A DNA stretch of 64,000 bases from a virus (Duplodnaviria; Caudoviricetes): positions 5,001-69,000 of the IMG/VR virus record IMGVR_UViG_3300028585_000519, one strand, 5' to 3'. The notes under the pieces were generated by a model. The model made no database searches, was not told the origin of the DNA, and saw only the letters and a list, made by a program, of their open reading frames with translations. The translations under genes were made by a program, and so were the position numbers. Shown in pieces: positions 1 through 9,013 of this stretch. Every line of letters begins with the position of its first letter. Position 1 is the stretch's first letter.

Positions 1-1297
1 GCGAATGGAGGATGGCAAAGATGCGCTGTTTAGCCTTACGCACGATTTCAGCCGGTACGTCTTCGGTCATGCTGTTAGCATGAGCTATGGTAGCTACTAT
101 CTCTAGCACGGGCTCGATGAGCAGCAGGTTTTCCATTTCCTGCATTTCTAGTACATACACGCCCTTTGCCGCTAGCATGGCCTGCTGCTCAGGCGTTCGG
201 TAGTCACGGTCTACAATGCCGCAGCACTCCAAGCCGTGCAAGTCTCTGAGCGCCCGGAAGGATTTGGTAGTTTCAATGACTTGGTCGCAGCCTTCGCGGG
301 GTATAATAGTCCAGTCAGGATAGATACGGGAGAAGAACAGGCGGTCAAGGCTACCCCGTTGTCCTTCAACAAAGAGGATAGACCTGCGGCTGCCCAGTAC
401 TGCTAGTAGAAGTGCCTCTGGCATATCCCCGGCATTAGTAGATACCTCTTCCCAATCCCAGCTTTGACCATCGTAGCTCTTAATCCACAGCTTCTTTGCC
501 TCGGTGCGGGTGGCCGCGAAGTCAAGGTCGTGCGTTAGGTACACAAACAGGCAATCAGGGCGAGCCTGCTCAATAGCATCCCAAAGACGCGCCTGAACAA
601 CGCGGTGCAGGTGAATCTCGGGTTCATCAATAACTAGGATGGCATTAGCAGGAGCCGCCAAGCATTGACCAATAAGATAGAAGGTTACCCGCTCGCCGTC
701 GCTCATCGCACTCGCTGGGTAGGGTGTAGTGTCTGTGCCAGCTAACTTCGCTTGTATTGTACCTGACTTTAATATCAAGTTACGATGAGGTAATACTTGT
801 TCCCAAATCAGCTTTATTCGGTCAATATCAGTATCAGGTGGTGCTACGTAGATAGTGCGATTCTTAGAATCCAATGTGTATTGAAGACTAACCTCAGACT
901 GCTCTGATACTAGGTAAACAAGTAGTTGTAGAAAATCAGTTACAAAGCCAGTTTCTGGATTTTCACCGTACTTATGTCTTTTTCTATAGTCAGGAGCAAG
1001 TCTTAAATACTCCTGTTTGTTCCTACTGAACTCAGCAGCGTCAATTCCTAAATCAAGAGCATAAGCGGCATCTTGCAACGCGACTGGACTGACACTTTCT
1101 GGAAATGCTAAGGACTTCTGAGCACTGATTCTGCGGATTAAATCTCTTTGGCTGCTTCTAAATTCAAACCACGCACCTAGACGGGTCTTTCCAGAACCGT
1201 TTGCGCCGACAATTACAACAGAACCCTCCGCTGTAGGAAGAGTATGGTGGCCTCCAGCACCGGCTTGAGGCATTTCTAGAGTAGTGGCGCGGCTCAT
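1..1297 (-). CDS. ABC-type ATPase fused to DUF4435-type TOPRIM domain (single-gene PARIS-like); runs off the left edge
   Basis: Translated by hand from ATG 1297: Walker A GANGSGKT, signature MSDGERV, Walker B IDEPEIHLH, H-loop YLTHD, TOPRIM FVEG and GIVDRD. Confidence 0.82.
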   Translation of the reverse strand, partial: MSRATTLEMPQAGAGGHHTLPTAEGSVVIVGANGSGKTRLGAWFEFRSSQRDLIRRISAQKSLAFPESVSPVALQDAAYALDLGIDAAEFSRNKQEYLRLAPDYRKRHKYGENPETGFVTDFLQLLVYLVSEQSEVSLQYTLDSKNRTIYVAPPDTDIDRIKLIWEQVLPHRNLILKSGTIQAKLAGTDTTPYPASAMSDGERVTFYLIGQCLAAPANAILVIDEPEIHLHRVVQARLWDAIEQARPDCLFVYLTHDLDFAATRTEAKKLWIKSYDGQSWDWEEVSTNAGDMPEALLLAVLGSRRSILFVEGQRGSLDRLFFSRIYPDWTIIPREGCDQVIETTKSFRALRDLHGLECCGIVDRDYRTPEQQAMLAAKGVYVLEMQEMENLLLIEPVLEIVATIAHANSMTEDVPAEIVRKAKQRIFAILHS

Positions 1298-1358
1298 TAA
1301 TTCAGTAGGTCAAAAGATAAATGTGCCGGTAGATGGGGTTTAACTGTAATAAATCCAT

Positions 1359-3101
1359 TTACTTAAACCCTTCCTCAATAAAGGTAAAAATATCTTTAAG
1401 ATGGTTCTGAGCCTTCTTGCTAAGATGCGAAAGAGTTATTTCGTTTGCTTCTACTTTATCTAAGAAAAAACGCCCTATAAGCTCTTTGCCCCCATAGGCT
1501 TTTAGGTCTTTGCTTAGATACTCAGTAGTTCTAGTAAAGTCAGGAGCGGCTAGTTTAATATCATCTTCAGTGAAAATGTCCTCTATGCCATCACATCCTT
1601 TGAGCGTATGGATTTTTAAATCAACAGATTTATCATTGGAAAAGAACTGAATTTTTATTTTTTTAACCTCTTTTGACGAGCCTTTCTCATCAAATATCAT
1701 CAGCCATCTTAATCCCCAGCCTATGCACAATTCCATAAGCAAGTGGGCATTAGATGCCCCCATTGCTGGCATAAAATAAAAATCACCCTTATTTCCTATT
1801 AGCTTTTTAGCAGCAGATAGGTAATAGTAGTCTGACAACCCCTCTACAATAACATTCTTGTCTTTAGCTGCGGAAAAGCTATGGGCTACACTCATGCCCA
1901 TAGCATCAATCACTGGCTTTATCGCATCTTTTTGATTTTCAGAAAGCTTCGTAGTGATTTTTTCTACTGTGGTACCTGTGCTTTGTTTATTGAATACTAG
2001 TCTTACTCTATTAAGCTTCTCAGCATCAATTAGATAGGGTGAGTGGGTGGCGTATATAATCTGATTTTTATGTGACAGTTCTTCAAAAACTCTTATCATA
2101 TCGTACTGAGCCTTTGAATGTAAGTGAGAGCCTGGTTCATCAAATAATAGAATTAGGTTAGAGGTGTTCTTGTCTTCTGCTGTTAAATGCAAGTAGAATG
2201 ATAGAAACCACTTAAACCCTAAACTTCTTTTCTGAGGTGGTAAGAGTTCTCCTGCCTTAGTCTGAATGAAAAATCGTAGATAGGCACGGCCATCTTTGCC
2301 ACCTTGGTGGTAGGTGACAGATATTGTAGCTCCTTTTTCGTCCCCTATTCTCTGCTTCCACCGCTCGTTAAAATCTGCTGTTAGAGTAGCTTCAAATTCT
2401 CGCTGCTTTTTAGTTACCTTATTATCCGAAAAGTCTTTTAAATCCGAGAAATCAACTTCTAGGATTGATTCTACATTACGAACAGCTTGTAATCCTTTAG
2501 CGGTAGAGCCATCAGTGAGTTCGTCTAAATAAAAGATATCAGGTAATATATCGAATAAATCATCAAATAAAATAATTTTTGGAGCCATAAACAGTATAGC
2601 TCCTCCTAGCCAATTTCTTAGTCTTGCCTCACTTATAGTTTTAAAGGCTTCTATTTGCTTGGCTGCATTATAAGCATTTATGAATCCTTGGTCATGAAAG
2701 TCGGCGTAGGCAAGGTAAGTAGTCTTATTATGTCCTATGCTTCTGCTAATCCTAATATTTCTAAGATTTTTTATATAATCTCCAATTTCTTCTACGCGTA
2801 GTAGGTCATTAATCTCAATCTGATTCCAATTTAAACCTATCATCTTGTCGTGTAATTTATAGCTTTCTTGAATACTATAAGTACAAGATACTCTTGGCAT
2901 TAACGTTAAATCTTCCTCATCTCGGTAAGCATCTAAACAAGTAGTGCCGTCTTGGTAATTCTTCAATGCTTCAAGTATGGAGCTCTTTCCAGACTCATTT
3001 TGCCCTGCTAGAATAGTAATGCTATCCTTTTCAGATATGTAACATTCCTTGCTATCAATGATTGACCGGTAGTTCGTGACACGAAAAGAAGTAAGCTTCA
3101 C
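1359..3101 (-). CDS. OLD-family ABC ATPase-TOPRIM nuclease
   Basis: Walker A GQNESGKS, RSLGFKWFLSF, Walker B FDEPGSHLH, ATHSP, TOPRIM VEGLSD, IEDIF. Confidence 0.85.
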   Translation of the reverse strand: MKLTSFRVTNYRSIIDSKECYISEKDSITILAGQNESGKSSILEALKNYQDGTTCLDAYRDEEDLTLMPRVSCTYSIQESYKLHDKMIGLNWNQIEINDLLRVEEIGDYIKNLRNIRISRSIGHNKTTYLAYADFHDQGFINAYNAAKQIEAFKTISEARLRNWLGGAILFMAPKIILFDDLFDILPDIFYLDELTDGSTAKGLQAVRNVESILEVDFSDLKDFSDNKVTKKQREFEATLTADFNERWKQRIGDEKGATISVTYHQGGKDGRAYLRFFIQTKAGELLPPQKRSLGFKWFLSFYLHLTAEDKNTSNLILLFDEPGSHLHSKAQYDMIRVFEELSHKNQIIYATHSPYLIDAEKLNRVRLVFNKQSTGTTVEKITTKLSENQKDAIKPVIDAMGMSVAHSFSAAKDKNVIVEGLSDYYYLSAAKKLIGNKGDFYFMPAMGASNAHLLMELCIGWGLRWLMIFDEKGSSKEVKKIKIQFFSNDKSVDLKIHTLKGCDGIEDIFTEDDIKLAAPDFTRTTEYLSKDLKAYGGKELIGRFFLDKVEANEITLSHLSKKAQNHLKDIFTFIEEGFK

Positions 3102-3181
3102 TGTAAGTACTGAGATAGGGTGGGAGAAAAGGCTAGCGAGACCGGTCTGTCATACCTGCCGCGTAGCAGGCTGTTGATTTT

Positions 3182-3637
3182 TCAGGGCTTAGGCAATTGG
3201 TTAAGCAGTATCTGTATTGTGCGCTCCTTATCAGCCAGTTGGTTAGTGAGGAGCGCGTTTTCTTTTTGGGCAGCAGCTAGGCTTTGTTGTGCTTGAACTA
3301 GCTCCTGTTGGCAATCCTGTAGGGTAGTGGGGGAGTAGTGGTTGTCGCCGTGTACTGTGCCAACCACTTGGCCACTACCCTGGGCCATCACGTTGGTTGT
3401 CGTGATATTTCTAGCTTCTGGATACTTGCTGAATAGGATATCCCATGCCTCTGGAGTAGCAGATTGTACTCCGTTACTGACCCGATTGATGAAATCTGGT
3501 TTTCGGCCAAGTGCAAGGCTAATAGCTCGGTCTGAGTTGATGCCATGTGATTTCATAATCTGTCTAGCTATAGACAGAAATTTTTCATCAAGCTCAGTCT
3601 TAGGGCTTCGGCCCTTTTGATTTTGTGGGGAAGACAT
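3182..3637 (-). CDS. Phage repressor-like XRE HTH protein with C-terminal coiled coil (likely start 3637)
   Basis: HTH-like DRAISLALGRKPDFINRVSNG; divergent from the early operon; no S24 peptidase domain. Confidence 0.7.
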   Translation of the reverse strand: MSSPQNQKGRSPKTELDEKFLSIARQIMKSHGINSDRAISLALGRKPDFINRVSNGVQSATPEAWDILFSKYPEARNITTTNVMAQGSGQVVGTVHGDNHYSPTTLQDCQQELVQAQQSLAAAQKENALLTNQLADKERTIQILLNQLPKP

Positions 3638-3685
3638 GAAAATTATATCGCTGATTATCCGATACTTGGGATAATAAAGCGTATT

Positions 3686-3706
3686 GTGTCGCATTTAATG
3701 CGACAC
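3686..3706. promoter_or_regulatory. Putative repressor operator
   Basis: Perfect inverted repeat GTGTCGCAT-TTA-ATGCGACAC between the divergent genes. Confidence 0.7.
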
Positions 3707-3724
3707 GTGTACTCTTAAAGCGCG

Positions 3725-3732
3725 TATGTTTG
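3725..3732 (+). promoter_or_regulatory. Early rightward promoter -7 box
   Basis: TATGTTTG matches the Bacteroidota TAnnTTTG consensus, upstream of the first early gene. Confidence 0.6.
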
Positions 3733-3793
3733 TCACAGCACGACAACGCACTTGCAATAAAGCAGGTGGCGGGTGAATCGTGTAAAACACGTG

Positions 3794-4069
3794 ATGCAAC
3801 CCCCGCTCAGCACGAACAAGCAGAAGTACTACCATCTCCTGTCGCTGGTGTGCGAAGACCTGCATACCTCGGCCGTTGACGCGCTAGTACGCACCGACCA
3901 CGAAGCCTCGACGGCCACGCTCACGGCCGTGCGCCAGGGCCGCAAAATCGACCTCGTGCTGCTGCTGGATTTGGTGCGCATTGGCCTACCCGACTACGCT
4001 ATTCCGGTCGAAGTGCTGCCGCTGCCCGTGCCGCAGCCATTGCCCATCGCTCAACCCCTGTTTCACTAA
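3794..4069 (+). CDS. Phage early protein (Cro position)
   Basis: First gene divergent from the repressor; stop overlaps next start. Confidence 0.6.
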   Translation: MQPPLSTNKQKYYHLLSLVCEDLHTSAVDALVRTDHEASTATLTAVRQGRKIDLVLLLDLVRIGLPDYAIPVEVLPLPVPQPLPIAQPLFH

Positions 4070-4431
4070 TGGAAGACCGCGCCCCCTACGCGCCGGCCCT
4101 CAAGGCCCCGCGCAACCTCGCCGCCCCGCTAGCCGAGTGGCTACGCACCCAGGGCTTCACCGCTACCCAGCAGCACCACGACACCTTGGCGACGGTAGCC
4201 GCGCACTGGCTGGGGCCGGTGGGGGAGTGCTACGACTTCACCTATACCTGGGCGGCCGGCCCCGTGCCCGAGGCTACCTGCCAGTTGCGGGTGTCCTGGC
4301 TGGGTTTGTCCATGCAGCTTTTCACGGCCCAGCGTGCGCGCCGCCTGCGCGACGTGCGCCTACTGCTGCTGGGCAACGTGCGCTATGCTAATGCCCGCAC
4401 CCTGACCACGCTGACCCATACTGCCCCGTAA
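4069..4431 (+). CDS. Hypothetical phage early protein
   Basis: Translationally coupled ORF in the early operon. Confidence 0.6.
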   Translation: MEDRAPYAPALKAPRNLAAPLAEWLRTQGFTATQQHHDTLATVAAHWLGPVGECYDFTYTWAAGPVPEATCQLRVSWLGLSMQLFTAQRARRLRDVRLLLLGNVRYANARTLTTLTHTAP

Positions 4432-4450
4432 CCCTTTTTTCAGCATTCCC

Positions 4451-5035
4451 ATGCCCGAAAACCCCACTGCTGACCCCATTACGCTTGAGCGCCAAGCCCT
4501 GCTGCAAGGGCTAGCCCAGCAAGCCGCCGCCTGGTGGCGCAACACTATAGCTGGCCCCGGCTACCTGAGCAAGTTCGACAACGGCGACCGTAGCCGGGCC
4601 GGCGAAACGGCCCAGGTGATGGCGAGCCTAGCCGCCCTGCGCAGCCCGCAGCCCAGCGCCGACAAGTTCGACCACTTCGAGCAGCTACTTACCGAGGCCC
4701 TGCTGACCCGGCTGCTGGGCAACCCCGAGCCGGCCCCGCGTGACCTCTCGCACCTGCAAGGCAACATGCCCGATTTCACCGCCGCCGAGTTGGAGGATAT
4801 CCGCGCCCGCGCCGCTGCCAGTGCGGCCGCGTCCGTGGTACTAAGCGTGGACTACGGCCCCGAAGGGCTGCTGCGCCAGGTAGCCGAGTCGGTCGGCGTC
4901 GGGGGCTTCCCCTGGAAAACAACCATGTGGGTCTGCTGGGATACGCGCCCCGAATGCTGCTACGTGGAGGTGCGCGCCGGCTACGGCCGCGCCACCCAGC
5001 GCCTGCCCGCAGTAGGGGAGGCCCCCGCTCGCTAA
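4451..5035 (+). CDS. Hypothetical phage early protein
   Basis: ORF with pyrimidine-rich leader, operon context. Confidence 0.65.
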   Translation: MPENPTADPITLERQALLQGLAQQAAAWWRNTIAGPGYLSKFDNGDRSRAGETAQVMASLAALRSPQPSADKFDHFEQLLTEALLTRLLGNPEPAPRDLSHLQGNMPDFTAAELEDIRARAAASAAASVVLSVDYGPEGLLRQVAESVGVGGFPWKTTMWVCWDTRPECCYVEVRAGYGRATQRLPAVGEAPAR

Positions 5036-5066
5036 GTCTCTCTTTCACCCTAATACCTTCTCTTTC

Positions 5067-5327
5067 ATGCGCCTGAACACTACCCCCGACCCGCCGCCCG
5101 CCAAGCCCTGCATCCGCGACATGCACGAATTGGTGCACGTGGTGCTCACCGAGCCGCTGCTGATGCTGGCGCCCCTGCCCGAGTTGGCGCGCCGCCTGCA
5201 CGAAGTGGTGGCCCAGCACCCCCGCTTTCGGGAAGAAGCCCCGCTGGTGCTGGCCGGCGAAACGCGCCGCCGCCGTCGCTACAGCGGCGCGCTCACCGTG
5301 GCCCACAGCCACGCCGAAGTTGCTTAA
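5067..5327 (+). CDS. Hypothetical phage early protein
   Basis: Operon context. Confidence 0.55.
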   Translation: MRLNTTPDPPPAKPCIRDMHELVHVVLTEPLLMLAPLPELARRLHEVVAQHPRFREEAPLVLAGETRRRRRYSGALTVAHSHAEVA

Positions 5328-5390
5328 TCTGCTAGCCGCCTACGCCTTCCGCTCTTTTCTATCCCTCACACCTACGCCCTGCTTTTCCCG

Positions 5391-5690
5391 ATGTCCTTCC
5401 CCAAGCTTTCCCTCCAGGATGCGCGCACCGGCAAGCGGGTGCGGGTAGCCGCCTTCCAGCCCGGCGATGCGCTCGTGGCCCAGCCGCAGCCCATTTTGGG
5501 CTACTGCTACACCACCGAAAACAACTGGACGGTGTACGTGGCCGGCCCCATGCCCCCGCACCTGCGCACGGCCGTGGAAGAAGGCCACCTAGACCGCGAG
5601 GTGCTGCTGGTGGCCGAGCTGCCGGCCGGCATCCAGGAAATCACCCTGCCCGACCACCGCCGCGAGTTTCGCCTCCAAAAAGCTGCCTAA
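5391..5690 (+). CDS. Hypothetical phage early protein
   Basis: Operon context. Confidence 0.6.
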   Translation: MSFPKLSLQDARTGKRVRVAAFQPGDALVAQPQPILGYCYTTENNWTVYVAGPMPPHLRTAVEEGHLDREVLLVAELPAGIQEITLPDHRREFRLQKAA

Positions 5691-5702
5691 CCCCGTTTTG
5701 CC

Positions 5703-6107
5703 ATGACTGCCCAAGACTTTGCCACCGCCGGCTTCATCGACGAGCGCTTTCGCTACATCATCGCCCAGCTCGGGCAGCTCGTGCCCGCGCCGGCCCCGGC
5801 CCAGGCCGAGGTGGTGCTCTACAGCTACAAGAAGCTGGCCCAGGTGCTCGACGTGACGGTAGAAACCGTGAGCGCCTGGGTCAACAAGGGCAAGCGGGTG
5901 GAGGGCCGGGTGGTGAAGCTCCAGGTATTTCGCTTCACGAGCGAGCCCCGCGTGCCCTGGCCCGCGCTGCTGGCCTACGAGCGCGGCGAAGACTTTGACC
6001 TGGCCAGCCTGCCCGCGCCGCTGCTGCTGCCCCCGGCCGAGCTGGCCCCGGCTCCCGTGCCCAAGTCGCCCACTACGGTACCCGCGCCGATGCGGGTGGC
6101 TTCCTAG
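5703..6107 (+). CDS. Excisionase-like HTH DNA-binding protein
   Basis: YSYKKLAQVLDVTVETVSAWVNKG is a MerR/HTH_17-like motif. Confidence 0.7.
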   Translation: MTAQDFATAGFIDERFRYIIAQLGQLVPAPAPAQAEVVLYSYKKLAQVLDVTVETVSAWVNKGKRVEGRVVKLQVFRFTSEPRVPWPALLAYERGEDFDLASLPAPLLLPPAELAPAPVPKSPTTVPAPMRVAS

Positions 6108-6323
6108 CCGGGTGCTCACCTGCTTTTTTCCTTCTGCTATGCCCAGTGAACTGCTTGCCGGGGCCGCGCCAGCCGGCCCCGTAGCCGGAGGTGCGCCCGC
6201 TGAGGTGCCCCCGGCCCCCGGTGCCCGCCGGGGCCGCCCGCCCGGCAAGGCTAGCCAGCGGCCCTTGCGCTGCCCCGTCAATCAGTTCACCGCCCACGAC
6301 CGTCCCCTTTTTCTTGTTTAGCC

Positions 6324-6671
6324 ATGAGTCCAGTCACCGTTTATTCCTCGGCCCCCGAAACGACGCAGCTCGCCTGCGCTTTCCAAAACGTGCGCCGCGC
6401 CGGCCACGCGCTGCTCGTGCAGCCCCTCTCGGCTAGGCCCGCCCCCAACCCGGCGCGCAAGCACCTGCTGCGCCTGCGCGACGAGCGCAACGAGGTGTAC
6501 CAACTGCTTGCCAACGCGGGCCAGCTGCTGGACCTGTTCGAGAAAGGGGAGGTGCTGCTGGCCGCCGGCGAGGAGCAGGGCCTGCGCGCCGACCGCGACA
6601 GCCTGGAGGTGCGCCTGCGCGGGCTGCAAACGGCTATTCAAACGTTGGAAGGAGGCCCGAGCCATGTCTGA
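6324..6671 (+). CDS. Hypothetical coiled-coil phage protein
   Basis: Operon context, overlaps next start. Confidence 0.55.
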   Translation: MSPVTVYSSAPETTQLACAFQNVRRAGHALLVQPLSARPAPNPARKHLLRLRDERNEVYQLLANAGQLLDLFEKGEVLLAAGEEQGLRADRDSLEVRLRGLQTAIQTLEGGPSHV

Positions 6672-7443
6672 GGCCAAGAAAATCCACCTGGAGCTGGGCA
6701 TCCCGGCCCACCACGCCGAGCTATTGCGGGTGTTGGTCCACAACCTCAACTACCAAGACGACGAAGACCCGAGCAAGTACACCGGCCCCTACGGCGTGGA
6801 GATTCTCGCTGAGGAGCCGTGCCTGACTAATGGCGAGCCCGAGGTCGAGTTCTCGCTCTGGTTCGACCGGCCCGCCACGGCCTATTGGTTTGCCCTGCGC
6901 CTGCACGAGGCCAAGGCCGCTTGGCTACTGCTGGCGCAGCCGGCGCCGGCCGAGTACCCCAAGTTTCTGTACTCGGCCCGCCTGGGCTACTGGTGCCGGC
7001 AGAACGCGCCGGGGTATTTCTGCCTTGCAGGTGACTCGCAGCTGCAAGTGCGCCGTGAGCGGGAGCAAAACCTGTTCGAGCCCGGCGAGTGGGCGCCCAT
7101 CACGGAGGCGCAGTTCTTGGACGCCTACCGCACCGTGCGCGAGGTCCTGCACCAATTCGCCCTGTTGGCTGCGCCGGCCCACTACCTACGCCGGGGCCAC
7201 ACCACCAACATCTGGCTCTACCGCAATGCGGGCGCCTACGCGCCGAACCACCTGCGCCTGAACGCGTCGCAGGATGAGCACGGCCGCTCCTGGCAGCTGC
7301 TGTACGCCCGCGATGTGCGGCCGCAAGACGCGCGGCGCGTGGCTAGCAGCGAGCAGGAGTTCAGCCAGCAACTGGCGGCGCTGCTGGCCGATGCCGACGC
7401 CGTGGCCACGGGCCAGCTGGAAGGGGAGGTGAGCCGTGGCTAA
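6664..7443 (+). CDS. Hypothetical phage protein
   Basis: ATG 6664 coupled to the upstream ORF. Confidence 0.65.
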   Translation: MSEAKKIHLELGIPAHHAELLRVLVHNLNYQDDEDPSKYTGPYGVEILAEEPCLTNGEPEVEFSLWFDRPATAYWFALRLHEAKAAWLLLAQPAPAEYPKFLYSARLGYWCRQNAPGYFCLAGDSQLQVRREREQNLFEPGEWAPITEAQFLDAYRTVREVLHQFALLAAPAHYLRRGHTTNIWLYRNAGAYAPNHLRLNASQDEHGRSWQLLYARDVRPQDARRVASSEQEFSQQLAALLADADAVATGQLEGEVSRG

Positions 7444-8206
7444 GCTTTATGGTGTGCGTATCGATGAGATTGCCACCGGCACCGGCCGGATGGAGCTTAT
7501 CGGCAAGCAGCAGCCCCTGCGGAGCCTGGAGGAAGTACGCGAGTTTCTGACTGCCTACTCCCAGGCCTGGCAGCAGTTGCTGCCGCCCCTGGCCGAGGTG
7601 ATAGAGGAGCAGTTCGAGGCGCAGCGGGCCGCCTTGCAAGCGGAGCTAGGGCCGCCGCTGCCCGGCTCACGCAAATGCCTTTTTACCCTGCATCCTTACA
7701 CGGACCCCGACGAGCAGGGCGGGGTCATCGAGCACGTGATTACGATTCTGGAGCTGACGGGCACGCTCTCGGCCCAGGGGCAGGAAGCACTGCTAGCTAA
7801 GAATGTACTCGTCTCGGTGTTGCGCGTGCGCCAGTGCCGGGTCTGCGGCTGCACCGAAACGGACTGCCGGCCGTGCATCGAAGCCACCGGCGTGCCTTGC
7901 CACTGGGTGGCCCCCAATCTGTGCAGCGCCTGCACGCCGCAGGCGGCCCCGCTGGCCGAGCAGCAGTGGGCACTCAGCTTCGCCCAGGCCGCCGTGGTGG
8001 AGCGGGCCATTGCGGCCCACAACACGCAGGCGGGACGGCAGCACGAGGAGGCGTTGCAGCTACGGGTAGTGCATCGCAACGAGCGCGACTACTTCGTCTA
8101 CCTGACCGTGGCCAAGGGCGAGCGCGTGCAGGAAGAGGACTTGTTTCACCTAGGCTGGGAGGCGGGTAAGCTTTTCCAGCAGGAAGGGGGGGCGAACGGT
8201 GGCTAA
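7436..8206 (+). CDS. Phage protein with Cys-rich Zn-finger-like motif
   Basis: CRVCGCTETDCRPC...CHWVAPNLCSAC. Confidence 0.65.
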   Translation: MAKLYGVRIDEIATGTGRMELIGKQQPLRSLEEVREFLTAYSQAWQQLLPPLAEVIEEQFEAQRAALQAELGPPLPGSRKCLFTLHPYTDPDEQGGVIEHVITILELTGTLSAQGQEALLAKNVLVSVLRVRQCRVCGCTETDCRPCIEATGVPCHWVAPNLCSACTPQAAPLAEQQWALSFAQAAVVERAIAAHNTQAGRQHEEALQLRVVHRNERDYFVYLTVAKGERVQEEDLFHLGWEAGKLFQQEGGANGG

Positions 8207-8798
8207 GTCGAAAACCCCCGCGCTACCGCTCACGGCGGCCGGCACCCTGCCCAAAGCGGACGTGCTCGAGCGCTGGCGGGCCTTGCCCACCGGCCGCCCC
8301 ATCGCGATGGAAGCGAGCCCGGCCGATGCCACCGGCAGCAGCTACGAAGGCGACAGCATTCGCCTCACCGGCTCGCTTCAGCACCTTGATTCGCAGCTCA
8401 GTAACCTCAAGGGCCTGCTGCGCTTCGAGAATACCAAAACCCGGCTGAGCATCGCCTTCTCCCAGCAAAAGAAGAAGAATACCCGCGAGCCGGTGCCAGA
8501 CAAGTACGTGCTCTACCTGAAGGTGGTAGAGAAAGTGCGCACCACCCGGGCCAGGACCAAGGCCCCGCCGGCCCCGCCCGCCCGAGCTCGGGCTGCGCCC
8601 AAGGCCCCGCCCGCCGCCGTGGCCCCAGCTGCGCCCCCACAAGCGGTAGCCGAGGCGCTGGAGGCTCTGTTGGTGCTGGGCCAGAAGCGGCCCGAGGCCG
8701 AGCGGCGGCTGGCGCTGGTGGTCGCGGCGCAGGGCCCGGGCCTGGACTGCGCGGCCTACGTCACGCTGGCGCTCAAAGTGCCCTTGGCCAAAAAATAA
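8199..8798 (+). CDS. Phage protein with C-terminal RuvA domain III-like module
   Basis: Pro/Ala linker followed by EALEALLVLGQKRPEAERRL...AAYVTLALK. Confidence 0.6.
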   Translation: MAKSKTPALPLTAAGTLPKADVLERWRALPTGRPIAMEASPADATGSSYEGDSIRLTGSLQHLDSQLSNLKGLLRFENTKTRLSIAFSQQKKKNTREPVPDKYVLYLKVVEKVRTTRARTKAPPAPPARARAAPKAPPAAVAPAAPPQAVAEALEALLVLGQKRPEAERRLALVVAAQGPGLDCAAYVTLALKVPLAKK

Positions 8799-9013
8799 TT
8801 TCCTCCCCTTTCGTCTAACGAAGACACGCGGCGCCTGCCTCTTCCCGGTCGGCACAGGCGCCGTGGATGCCCGCTCAACGCGGGCCAGGGGAGCGCAGGG
8901 TCTGCAACCGCACGACTCGGGAGCCCAGCCGGGCGCGGCGGAACACCCGCCGCCGCACCGGGCTGGCCCCACCTTTTTGCCCTATTACCTACTCTCCATC
9001 CCTTTCCTGCCCT

